Shown here in pieces: positions 29,828 to 38,704 of a DNA stretch of 50,060 bases. A model generated the notes under the pieces. That model worked only from the letters and a program-made list of their open reading frames with translations. It was not told the DNA's origin and did no database searches. The first letter of the stretch is position 1; each line of letters starts with the position of its first letter. Source of the DNA: Chloroflexota bacterium (lineage in GTDB: Bacteria > Chloroflexota > Anaerolineae > Anaerolineales > UBA11579); contig JBDLJU010000003.1 of the NCBI GenBank assembly GCA_039714215.1, positions 1 to 50,060 of the forward strand. Direction: 5' to 3'. Both the position numbers and the translations under genes were made by a program.

Positions 29828-29866
29828 ACAGAATGAGAGGCAAACCACCCTCTCATTCTGTTTTTT
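29828..29866 (+). terminator. Orphan intrinsic terminator with no + strand CDS upstream
   Basis: Perfect 13-bp stem ACAGAATGAGAGG/CCTCTCATTCTGT followed by a T-tract. Confidence 0.75.
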
Positions 29867-29904
29867 CTCAAATTTTATAGACAAATTGGAGGTACAATCC
29901 CCCA

Positions 29905-30489
29905 ATGCGCACCTTCATCCGAAAATTCTTCCCCCGTCTCTTCTTCCGCCTGTTCTACCTCGGCACCCCGCCCTGGGACAGCGGGATCACTCCGCCTGAA
30001 CTGGAGGAATTCATTCAGAATCACCCTCCCGGCCGGGCGATCGACCTCGGCTGCGGCACCGGCACCAACGTGATCACCCTCACCCAGCACGGCTGGCAGG
30101 TCAGCGGCGTGGATTTTGTCCCCAAAGCCATCCTTCAGGCCAGACGCAAAGCGCGGCTCGCCGGGATTCATTCACCCTTTTTTATCGGTGATGTCACCGA
30201 TTCCAGCTTTTTCCAGGGGAACTACGACCTGATCCTCGACATCGGCTGCTACCATGCCCTATCCGCCGAGCAGCGCCATACCTACCGCCACAACCTGCGC
30301 CAACACCTCGCCCCCAGCGGCACCTTCCTGCTCTACGCTTTTACCGGCGAAGAAACCGCCAGCAATCGCTTTACTCCTAAAGACCTCGCCGCCTTCCAGC
30401 GTGATTTTTCACTTCACCGCCGCGAAGATGATTTTGACGGCGGCGGACCAACCTCCGCCTGGTTTTGGTTCCAGCATAAACAATCCTGA
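29905..30489 (+). CDS. Class I SAM-dependent methyltransferase (TPMT-like)
   Basis: PPWDSG, IDLGCGTG, GVDF, YDLILDIGCYH motifs. Confidence 0.92.
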   Translation: MRTFIRKFFPRLFFRLFYLGTPPWDSGITPPELEEFIQNHPPGRAIDLGCGTGTNVITLTQHGWQVSGVDFVPKAILQARRKARLAGIHSPFFIGDVTDSSFFQGNYDLILDIGCYHALSAEQRHTYRHNLRQHLAPSGTFLLYAFTGEETASNRFTPKDLAAFQRDFSLHRREDDFDGGGPTSAWFWFQHKQS

Positions 30490-30526
30490 TAAAAAAGCGG
30501 TACAATCACCCCTTAAAGGTCTAATC

Positions 30527-31453
30527 ATGATTAAATTTCTTTTTCTCTTCATGGATGGCGTCGGGTTGGGCAAAAAGGATCCCGCCAGTAATCCGTTCGT
30601 CAAAGCAAAGATGCCGCAGCTCAACGCGCTGCTCGATGGGCGCCGGCTGGTCGCCAGTTCAGCTCCACTTAAAACTGAACGCGCCTCACTGCTGGCGATT
30701 GATCCTAACCTCGGCGTTTCTGGACTGCCCCAATCCGCCACCGGGCAGGCCGCTCTGCTCACGGGGATCAATGTTCCCGCTGCAATTGGGGAGCACTACG
30801 GCCCCAAACCCAACCAGCCAGTGCGCGACCAGCTTGCCCAAGGCACAATTTTCAGCCAGCTGACCAATGCCGGTCACAAGGCTGCCTTGCTCAACGCCTA
30901 TCCAGATGGTTATTTTTCAGGGGTCAATTCGGGCAAACGCCTTTACTCTGCGATCCCCCAGGCTGTAGTTAATGCGGGTCTGGCATTAAAAACAGCCGCT
31001 GACTTTGAAGCCGAGCAAGCCCTATCTGCGGATTTCACCGGCGAAGGCTGGCGTAAGCACCTCAAGGTCGATCACACTCCGCTGTATACTCCTGAGCAGG
31101 CAGGCGCGCAGCTTACCAAATTAACAGTTGAACAAGACTTTGCCTTCTTCGAATACTGGCCCAGCGATTACGCCGGTCACCGCCAGAATAAAAGCGCTGC
31201 GGTGGCGCTGCTAGAAGCTTTTGATGGGGTCTTGGAGGGCTTGCTCAAAACCTGGGACGACCAGCAGGGTTTGATCTTGATCACTTCAGATCACGGCAAC
31301 CTGGAAGACATCGCCACCCGGCGGCATACCGCCAACCCGGTCCCCGCTTTGGTGATCGGCGCCCCTGAACTGCGCATGCGATTCTGCGATAATTTGCACA
31401 CCCTCGCCGACGTCGCCCCGGCAATCTTGCAGTTTTATTCCCAGGGTACCTGA
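30527..31453 (+). CDS. Alkaline-phosphatase-superfamily metalloenzyme (iPGM/phosphopentomutase-like)
   Basis: FMDGVGLG, PQSATGQ, DYAGH, TSDHGN, HTANPVP; start set at MIKFLF. Confidence 0.88.
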   Translation: MIKFLFLFMDGVGLGKKDPASNPFVKAKMPQLNALLDGRRLVASSAPLKTERASLLAIDPNLGVSGLPQSATGQAALLTGINVPAAIGEHYGPKPNQPVRDQLAQGTIFSQLTNAGHKAALLNAYPDGYFSGVNSGKRLYSAIPQAVVNAGLALKTAADFEAEQALSADFTGEGWRKHLKVDHTPLYTPEQAGAQLTKLTVEQDFAFFEYWPSDYAGHRQNKSAAVALLEAFDGVLEGLLKTWDDQQGLILITSDHGNLEDIATRRHTANPVPALVIGAPELRMRFCDNLHTLADVAPAILQFYSQGT

Positions 31454-31537
31454 CCTTTTTTCAAACCTAACCCCTCCGCTGCCCCCAAAGACTGATCCGG
31501 TCTCAACCCGACCAGATAATCTTAAAAACCGCGCAGG

Positions 31538-31951
31538 TCATTTCGGGAGGCATGTTTTCAACTGAACATCTACACCCCGGATATGCTCCACGATCCAGTT
31601 TTTTAATTCCTGGTAAGTTTTCTCCACCAATGCTGCATCCATTTTTTCTTCCCACCACTGCTTATAAAATTGGTTGAAAGTTTCCAGAAAATCACTGTGC
31701 GCTTGTTTGTTTACTGCTGCTACCGGGCACTGATATTCGTCCATACACTTTTCTTCACGTTCAAAGTGCCAGGATGAATAAAATTGAAGAAAATCTAGAA
31801 TATCACCTGCCACCTCACGCCCTTCAGGGTCGAAAATCACCTTTGACAAAGCATTGAAATTCTCGATAAGCTCTTTATGCTGTGCATCGATGTGCTCTAA
31901 TCCTGTGCTCAAGCTGTCATCCCATTGAATCATATGCTCTTCTCTCTCCAT
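31538..31951 (-). CDS. Bacteriohemerythrin family protein
   Basis: WDDSLSTG...IDAQHKEL, HFEREEKCM, N/H...H, WIVEHIRGVD. Confidence 0.9.
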   Translation of the reverse strand: MEREEHMIQWDDSLSTGLEHIDAQHKELIENFNALSKVIFDPEGREVAGDILDFLQFYSSWHFEREEKCMDEYQCPVAAVNKQAHSDFLETFNQFYKQWWEEKMDAALVEKTYQELKNWIVEHIRGVDVQLKTCLPK

Positions 31952-32181
31952 TGTTCGTTAGATTTTTTTCCTGCAATATTTCCCTGCATGGTTCTCAATA
32001 TCTTTGCTTAGTTTTAAATACTCGGACCAGTTTAACACAATTCTTCAAAACACCGCACCGAATCCAATCAGCGATCTTCAATGCCTGAGCACCCTCGCCG
32101 ACATCGGTCAGGCAGGCTTTCAGGCTTTTAAAAAATTTTTAGTCCACTTCTGGATCAAATCTACTGATAGATCTATGTCCA

Positions 32182-32216
32182 ACAAAAAACACACCCTTGC
32201 GGGTGCGTTTTTTTGT
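32182..32216 (-). terminator. Intrinsic terminator
   Basis: AAAAAACACACCC-ttgc-GGGTGCGTTTTTT, 20 nt past the small-gene stop. Confidence 0.7.
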
Positions 32217-32235
32217 CTAATGAATTTGGGGTTTT

Positions 32236-32433
32236 CTACCCAGCTTTTTTGAGAACTGGCAAACCGTTCTTGGTTTCAGAAACCATATAACCATCGGGGA
32301 CTGCGTCAAGCGCGCCCTCTTTGATCTCTCCAGCGAAGAAATAAATTGTTCGTGTTCCGCCAGATTTTAAAGCTGTTGCACGTCCATGGAGAAAATATGT
32401 CTTGCCTTTAGAATTCGTATGGCTGAAGGCCAT
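32236..32433 (-). CDS. Small hypothetical protein (65 aa)
   Basis: Strong RBS AAAGGAGG, upstream TATAAT, own terminator; sequence MAFSHTNSKGKTYFLH..TIYFFA..GLPVLKK. Confidence 0.82.
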   Translation of the reverse strand: MAFSHTNSKGKTYFLHGRATALKSGGTRTIYFFAGEIKEGALDAVPDGYMVSETKNGLPVLKKAG

Positions 32434-32560
32434 GGTCGTTCCTCCTTTCAAGGTTAGTTGCTGTTTTCTCTATTATAGCCGTCATTCAGAGAAAAACATA
32501 GGGCTTTTCGGACAATATTTACCAATAAATAGGATTAATTAACCATCTCCCTCGATTTAA

Positions 32561-32591
32561 CAAAAAATGAGCGCTAAGCGCCCATTTTTTG
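32561..32591 (-). terminator. Intrinsic terminator of the ferritin gene
   Basis: AAAAAATGAGCGC-taa-GCGCCCATTTTTT. Confidence 0.7.
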
Positions 32592-32616
32592 GTTTTTTTT
32601 TCGAAAAACAGATCGG

Positions 32617-33135
32617 TTAAACCGCACTCCCGCTCTCAACGGCCTCAATATCCGCAAGCGTATCGACGATGTAAGTCTCCGCCATCAGCAAATTGTTTTC
32701 CGAGCGTTTGACAATATTCAAGATCGTGCTCATCTTGGAAATCTCTTCTAGCTGCTCATTGACGAACCATCTCAAAAACTCCTGGGCGATATAGTCACTT
32801 TCTTCAACCGCAATATCCATCAAAGCATTGATCTGCTTGGTGACAGTTTCTTCCCAGGTCAGCGCGGTCTGCACAGCGTGTGCCGGAGAATCAAACTTGA
32901 CGATTGGCGCTGGGATTGCAGAGATAGCCACTTCACCGCCAGTATCGAGTACGTATCTGAGCAGCTTCATCGCATGCTCGCGTTCTTCTTCGGCCTGATC
33001 AAAGAAAATTGTCGCCATCTTGAGCATATCTTCAGAATCAAAATACGAAGCGATTTGTAAATATTCCAGGCTGGCACCAAATTCATTGCCGATTTGTTGG
33101 TTGATTGCTGCAAGTAATTTTTTGCTAATTAACAT
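32617..33135 (-). CDS. ftnA: Non-heme ferritin
   Basis: INQQIGNE..ASLEY, QAEEEREHAMK, FLRWFVNEQLEE ferroxidase motifs; start MLISKK after GGAGG. Confidence 0.92.
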   Translation of the reverse strand: MLISKKLLAAINQQIGNEFGASLEYLQIASYFDSEDMLKMATIFFDQAEEEREHAMKLLRYVLDTGGEVAISAIPAPIVKFDSPAHAVQTALTWEETVTKQINALMDIAVEESDYIAQEFLRWFVNEQLEEISKMSTILNIVKRSENNLLMAETYIVDTLADIEAVESGSAV

Positions 33136-33241
33136 CCGGTTTTTCCTCCAAGAAAATTTGATTAATAAGGATTTTGGTTTCAATTATTCAGACGTTTTTC
33201 ACCCAATTTAATTACATTATTGATCCACACAGTTTTCCAAC

Positions 33242-34315
33242 TCAAACCGCGACTTCGATCCCTGTTCCAGCGGTGACTTCGCCAATCTCCCAGACCGGCT
33301 GCCCGAGTTCTTTTGCCCGTGCATTAAAAGCAGAAATCTGGTCCGCAGGCACACTCAGCAGCAAGCCACCGCTGGTCTGCGGATCGAAAAGCAGCATCTG
33401 ATCGTGTTCAGCGAGAGGCTCAGCGAAGGAAATGCGATCTCCATAAAAGAGCTTGTTGTCCGCCGCACCCCCGGGGAAGGTCCATTCTTGCGCATACTTA
33501 TGCGCACAGGTCACAAAGGGAATCTTCTGGTATGAAATTTTGAACTTCACCCCAGAGGCTTCCGCCATTTCGAGTCCGTGCCCCAGCAAGCTGAATCCGG
33601 TTACGTCTGTGGCGCCCTGCACGATAAACTCTCTGCCCAGCTGGGCAGATTTATCGTTGAGCTGTTTCATCCAACCGACGACTTCTGCAATATCCTCAGG
33701 CGTTGCTTGCTGCTGCTTGAGGGCAGTGGTCGTCACGCCAAAACCGAGAGGCTTGGTCAGCACCAAGCGGTCACCTGCTTGCGCGCCAGCCTTGGTCATC
33801 ATCTGATCGGGGTGCACAAAACCGAGCACAATCAGCCCATACTTAGGTTCGTCATCCTGGATGGTGTGCCCGCCTGCGAGGATCAATCCCGCTTCAATCG
33901 CTTTTTCAGCCCCGCCGCGCATGATCTCCGCGCCAACCCCAACAGGGAACTTCTCTGGGAGACCAGCAATATTCAACCCCAGGAATGGTAGCGCTCCCAT
34001 GGCATACACATCCGAGATGCTGTTCGCCGCGGCAATAGAGCCGTAATCATAGGGATCATCAACCACCGGCGTGAAGAAATCGGTGGTCACCACCAAAGCG
34101 CGCTCGTCATCGATCTTCCATACGGCGGCATCATCGGGGTCATCCAAGCCCACCAGAAGATCAGGGAAGTTTTTTCCAGCAAATGTATCTCTGATAGGAC
34201 GCAGTACCTGCGCCAGCGACTCAGCGCTTAATTTCGATGCTCAACCTGCGCAGCGCGAGTAGCTTGTCAGGCGGATGTCTTTTCCGGTGGGGGTATCGGC
34301 TGGTTTTGTGCTCAT
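33242..34315 (-). CDS. selD: Selenide, water dikinase (selenocysteine-containing; in-frame UGA at 34241-34243)
   Basis: Manual translation MSTKPADTPTGKDIRLTSYSRCAG[TGA]ASKLS... continues in frame into DDAAV, TTDFFTP, ANSISDVYAMG, TDVTGF, DPQTSGGLL; 358 codons including the stop. Confidence 0.95.
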
Positions 34316-34347
34316 AGTATCCTTTGAAACACGAATATTAACGCGCT

Positions 34348-34429
34348 AGAGAATGTGAAACATTCTCTTAAAAGCTCGAGCAGGAGACTGCTCGAGCTTC
34401 AAGAGACACCGCGGAGAAAATCTCCGCGG
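34348..34429. repeat. Three adjacent perfect hairpins between the SPFH gene and selD
   Basis: AGAGAATGT/ACATTCTCT (34348-68), AAGCTCGAGCAG/CTGCTCGAGCTT (34372-99), CCGCGGAGA/TCTCCGCGG (34409-29). Confidence 0.75.
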
Positions 34430-34446
34430 CGCTTTGTAGTTTGTTT

Positions 34447-35496
34447 CTACGGGGAAGTGGCGTCTGGCAGCGGCAAAATGAACGGGCTGTCCGCCGGCAG
34501 CAGCATCACGCTGATATTCTCAGCAAGCTTCTCGATGTACTGTAAGCTAAGGATATCCGGGTTGGTGGCAATCGCCTGACCCAGCAGCTGCAAAGCTTGC
34601 GCTTCGGCTTGGGCCTGGATCAAGCGGGCTTCGGCTTCTGCCTGGGCCTGCAGGAGCAACGCGGCTGCCTGACCTTCTGCCCGGATCACGTTTGCATCCG
34701 CCTCACCCTGCGCAGCCTGGCGGACCTGTTCCGCCTCTTGTTTGCGCTGTTCCACCACAAAAACTGCCTGCTGTGCTTGCTGTTCGGCAATCTGCTTTTG
34801 CTCTACCGAAGCCGAATATTCAGCCGAGAAGGCAATATTACGCAGCACAAAATCAATCAGGGTGAACCCTTCCTCTTCAAACTTTTCACTTAGTTCGTCC
34901 CTGATCTGTTCAGTAAGCGCCAGGCGCTTGGTGCTGTAAACTTCTTCAATCCCATATACTGAGGCCGCATCACGCATTACCCCGCGTGACAGGTTGCGGA
35001 TCAAATCATCCGTATAGGTGTCCTGCCAATCGATATGCACCTGAACCACTTCATCAGGATTGATAATGAAGATCACCGAGGCATCAATAAAGACCACCTG
35101 ACCGTCAGAAGTGCGCGCCTCAACCGAATCATCCCCGCTGCGCACACCTTCTGCGTGAGCAATCGACATCGTGTAAGTTTGACGCGAAATTGGATACTTC
35201 ACCACCCGGTCAAAGAACGGTACCACCCAGTTTAAACCGGGCTGCAGCGCTTCATCTCGCACACCGCCATCACCTAAAGCGGTGACTACCACGCCACGTT
35301 CGGTCGGCTCAACGAAAACCATCCCGGCTGCGGCAATGTTCAATACCACTGCAGAGATCAAGACAATTACCACCATCGGGACAGTACTTTTTACCGTCCT
35401 ATCACGCGCAGCTTTCATAACTGCATAAACAATCACCCCAAAGAAGGCCAGCCATGAAAATGCTGCCAATCCTTGTATAACATTAACAATATTCAT
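34447..35496 (-). CDS. SPFH/Band-7 (prohibitin-like) membrane protein
   Basis: Two TM helices, ERGVV..PGLNWVVPF, RTSDGQ, SVEQKQIAEQQA coiled coil, A.GEA.A repeats; start MNIVNV after GGAGG. Confidence 0.93.
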   Translation of the reverse strand: MNIVNVIQGLAAFSWLAFFGVIVYAVMKAARDRTVKSTVPMVVIVLISAVVLNIAAAGMVFVEPTERGVVVTALGDGGVRDEALQPGLNWVVPFFDRVVKYPISRQTYTMSIAHAEGVRSGDDSVEARTSDGQVVFIDASVIFIINPDEVVQVHIDWQDTYTDDLIRNLSRGVMRDAASVYGIEEVYSTKRLALTEQIRDELSEKFEEEGFTLIDFVLRNIAFSAEYSASVEQKQIAEQQAQQAVFVVEQRKQEAEQVRQAAQGEADANVIRAEGQAAALLLQAQAEAEARLIQAQAEAQALQLLGQAIATNPDILSLQYIEKLAENISVMLLPADSPFILPLPDATSP

Positions 35497-35615
35497 TCGA
35501 TCCTCCATTCTGAGTTAAATTCATTCCTATTATATCTATAGATTGTTAACTATACATAAATCCTTACCTGACACTTAGAATTGCCCAAACGATGGAAGCA
35601 TGCTACCATCAAAAT

Positions 35616-36320
35616 ATGAAGGTGATCAAAGTAGCGGTCCTCGAAATTCAACAATCCGCTCCTGGGAAATTCCAGGCAGTGATTTCTTTGCCAAGCGGAA
35701 AAAAGGCAAAACCCGGACAGTATTTTCAGGCGCATCGCCTCAAAGACGAACATGCGGTGCTCCCGATCACGCTCTACCCCGGCGGAATGACAAATAAATC
35801 AGGTTCTGAGATATTCACCACCGCCCCTCCGATTCCTCCCACCTGGCAGCCCGGGGACGAACTGCTCCTCCGCGGACCTTTAGGGAAAGGCTTTCAGCTC
35901 CCTCACCAGACCAGCCGGCTGGCTCTCGCCGCCCTCGATGCAGGCTGCGCCCACCTGCTTCCGCTTGCCAGCCAGGTGCTCGAGAATGGTGGAGAGGTCG
36001 CCCTGTTCACCGACCACAGCACCCCTCATTTACCCACCCAGGTGGAAATCAGCCCGCTGGCCAGCCTGGGAAATGCCCTGCTGTGGGCTAATTTTCTCGC
36101 AGTCAGCGGTACACCGAACCAGGTCACCAATCTTAAAACAAAGCTTAATCCCAGACAAGAGCTGCCCTGCCCAGCGCAAGCCTTAATCTTGATCCCGATG
36201 CCCTGCGGCGGCCTGGGCAGCTGCGGGGTCTGCGCCTTGCCAGGCAACAAAGGCAAAGCCCTTCTCGCCTGTGAGGACGGCCCGGTTTTCGATTGGCAGC
36301 AGCTCCCTTTCCAGGTGTGA
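35616..36320 (+). CDS. PyrK-like electron-transfer subunit (FNR fold with C-terminal 2Fe-2S motif), divergent
   Basis: KPGQY, LRGPLGKGF, MPCGGLGSCGVC....LACEDGPVF; start at ATG 35616 behind TTGCCC-17-TACCAT. Confidence 0.8.
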   Translation: MKVIKVAVLEIQQSAPGKFQAVISLPSGKKAKPGQYFQAHRLKDEHAVLPITLYPGGMTNKSGSEIFTTAPPIPPTWQPGDELLLRGPLGKGFQLPHQTSRLALAALDAGCAHLLPLASQVLENGGEVALFTDHSTPHLPTQVEISPLASLGNALLWANFLAVSGTPNQVTNLKTKLNPRQELPCPAQALILIPMPCGGLGSCGVCALPGNKGKALLACEDGPVFDWQQLPFQV

Positions 36321-36451
36321 TCTCAGGCTGTCCCACTCCCAGATTCTCCCCACCGATCCCAAAACCCTATCAAAATGAATGGCATGGCGGTCATTTTGAT
36401 TAAATCAAACTTTATTCGATCAAAATAACCAAATCATGCTAAAATCGAGCC

Positions 36452-38122
36452 ATGGTGATCGATAAAGAAGCGCTGATTGAATTCTTAACCCAACGGCCTA
36501 TTTTCGCGGGAATCCCAGAACAAGACCTCTCCCGGATTGCAAACCGGATGGAAGAATTCCACCTCGAAGCCAATAAACCTGTATTCTCTCACGGCGATCG
36601 CGGCAGCGTGTTCTATTTCATCTATTCTGGCCGGGCACGGATGTGGAGCCTGGAACAAAAACAGGAAATTGATCTGGGTGAATTAGAAGCCGGGGATATC
36701 TTTGGCGAAGAAGCGCTATTATTCTCACGCCCCCGGACATACTCAATTTCCACTCTGGAAGACTGCCAATTCCTCACCCTGCACAAACCTGATTTCAACT
36801 GGTTGATCAGAACATACCCACAAACGCGAACTTACCTCGAAACGCTGGCCCATACCCGCCAGCAAGCCCGCAGCCTGCGCTTTGAGTGGCTGCAGCGCGG
36901 CGAAGTTGTCCGCTTGATGACCCGCCGCCATCCCGCCGAGCTGATCCTTGACCTGCTGAAGCCAACCCTTGCCCTGCTGATCGCGGGGATCATCCTCTCA
37001 TTCACCTCAATTATGGGCGCTCTCGACAGTCTCAGATATGTGGCTTACGGCTTCGGTTTCCCGCTGATCGTCATCGGGATCCTCTGGGTGATCTGGGAAG
37101 TATTGGATTGGCGCAATGACTACTTCTTCATCACCAACCAGCGGGTGGTCTGGCTTGAACAGGTGATTTTGCAAAGCGCCAGCCGCCAGGAAGCGCCGCT
37201 GGCTGCAATCCAATCGGTGGATGTTTCCACCAGCCAGATTGGGCGGATTTTCGGCTTTGGTGATGTCTTCGTACGCACCTTTACCGGCACCGGATCGCTG
37301 ACCCTGACCAGTATCGACAATCCCAAGCGGTTTAAAAAAGAAATTGAGGAGCTTTTGTTCCGTGTGCGGGGCAAGCAGGAAGAAACCAGCGACGCCCGCG
37401 TGCGCCAATCCATCCGTCAAAGCCTGGGTCTCGAAAGCTTCGATGTGGAAGACGAAATCCTCCATATTGTGGAACCTGACGCGCCGCCAAAGCAGGGTTT
37501 ATTAAAAACCAGGGAAGTGGATGGGGACACAATTACCTACCATAAACATTGGTGGGTGATCCTCTCAAAAGCCTGGCTGTGGCTGCTCGCCCTGCTCGGC
37601 ACGATTGCCGGGGTGATTGCCCTGGCGATCAATGATTTTATTTTCCTCAGCTACACCTTCCCGGTATCCTCCACTTTGTTCGTTGGCACCCTTCTTTTCT
37701 TCATCTTCCTCGGGGTGCTCACTTACCAATTCTTAGACTGGAAAAACGATATTTACAAACTCACCAGTGAAATGGTGATCGACAGCGAGAAAAAACCATT
37801 AGGGCGAGAGATCACCAAATCTGCCCCGATTCGCAATATCCAAAGTCTGGAGCACCAGCGCAAAGGCCTGCTGCCCTTGATCCTTAACTATGGGATTGTG
37901 CGCATCGTGGTCGCTGATGAAACCCTCACCTTCTACGATGTTGGCAACCCGGCGCTGATCCAGCAGGACATCTACTACCGGCAGGAACAGCTCAAACTCA
38001 AAGAAGATGAAGCCGCTCAAGAAAAAGACCGCGCCCATCTCTCCAAATGGCTGCAAACCTATCATGATGTGCTTCAAAACGAACTTGAACCTCCCCCTGA
38101 TGAATCTGGAAACATCGGTTAA
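36452..38122 (+). CDS. Membrane protein with cyclic-nucleotide-binding domain and two bacterial PH (bPH_2-like) domains
   Basis: FSHGDRG..FYFIYSG, GDIFGEEALL...PR; two copies of TM-TM-DWxND...G.G.V module. Confidence 0.85.
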   Translation: MVIDKEALIEFLTQRPIFAGIPEQDLSRIANRMEEFHLEANKPVFSHGDRGSVFYFIYSGRARMWSLEQKQEIDLGELEAGDIFGEEALLFSRPRTYSISTLEDCQFLTLHKPDFNWLIRTYPQTRTYLETLAHTRQQARSLRFEWLQRGEVVRLMTRRHPAELILDLLKPTLALLIAGIILSFTSIMGALDSLRYVAYGFGFPLIVIGILWVIWEVLDWRNDYFFITNQRVVWLEQVILQSASRQEAPLAAIQSVDVSTSQIGRIFGFGDVFVRTFTGTGSLTLTSIDNPKRFKKEIEELLFRVRGKQEETSDARVRQSIRQSLGLESFDVEDEILHIVEPDAPPKQGLLKTREVDGDTITYHKHWWVILSKAWLWLLALLGTIAGVIALAINDFIFLSYTFPVSSTLFVGTLLFFIFLGVLTYQFLDWKNDIYKLTSEMVIDSEKKPLGREITKSAPIRNIQSLEHQRKGLLPLILNYGIVRIVVADETLTFYDVGNPALIQQDIYYRQEQLKLKEDEAAQEKDRAHLSKWLQTYHDVLQNELEPPPDESGNIG

Positions 38123-38131
38123 AATACTCCC

Positions 38132-38686
38132 ATGGCAATTAGAGAAATTATTACTGTCCCGAATAAAACATTAAATCGGAAATCCCAACGGGTGACCGAT
38201 TTTGGCGACGACCTGCAAACCTTGATCGATGACATGGTCGAAACGATGCGTGAGGCGCCCGGGGTCGGGCTGGCCGCCCCGCAGGTGAATGTGCTGCAAC
38301 GCGTCCTGGTGGTTGAATTTGGCGATGAGGATGACGAAGAAGTCCCCCCAAAGCTCTACACCCTGGTTAACCCTGCGATCTCCCGTAAGTCAAAAGAAAC
38401 CGTTCTAGGGATAGAAGGCTGCCTCTCGATCCCCGAACTTGTCGGCGAGGTTGAGCGCTCGGTCTCGGTAACGATCAAAGGCCAGAACCGGCGCGGCCAA
38501 GCGATGAAGCTCAAAGCCTCTGGCTGGTTGGCGCGTATCTTCCAGCATGAAGTCGACCACCTTAACGGGGTGCTCTTCACCGACCTGACCACCACGATCT
38601 TCCGGGTTGAAGATTTGATTGCAGAAGAGGAAGCCCTGGCGCTTGCTGAGCAATCTGCCGCCGATCCGCCCCCGTTACTCACCTAA
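38132..38686 (+). CDS. def: Peptide deformylase
   Basis: GVGLAAPQV, EGCLS, QHEVDHLNG. Confidence 0.98.
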   Translation: MAIREIITVPNKTLNRKSQRVTDFGDDLQTLIDDMVETMREAPGVGLAAPQVNVLQRVLVVEFGDEDDEEVPPKLYTLVNPAISRKSKETVLGIEGCLSIPELVGEVERSVSVTIKGQNRRGQAMKLKASGWLARIFQHEVDHLNGVLFTDLTTTIFRVEDLIAEEEALALAEQSAADPPPLLT

Positions 38687-38704
38687 AGCTCCGATCAAAT
38701 AACC

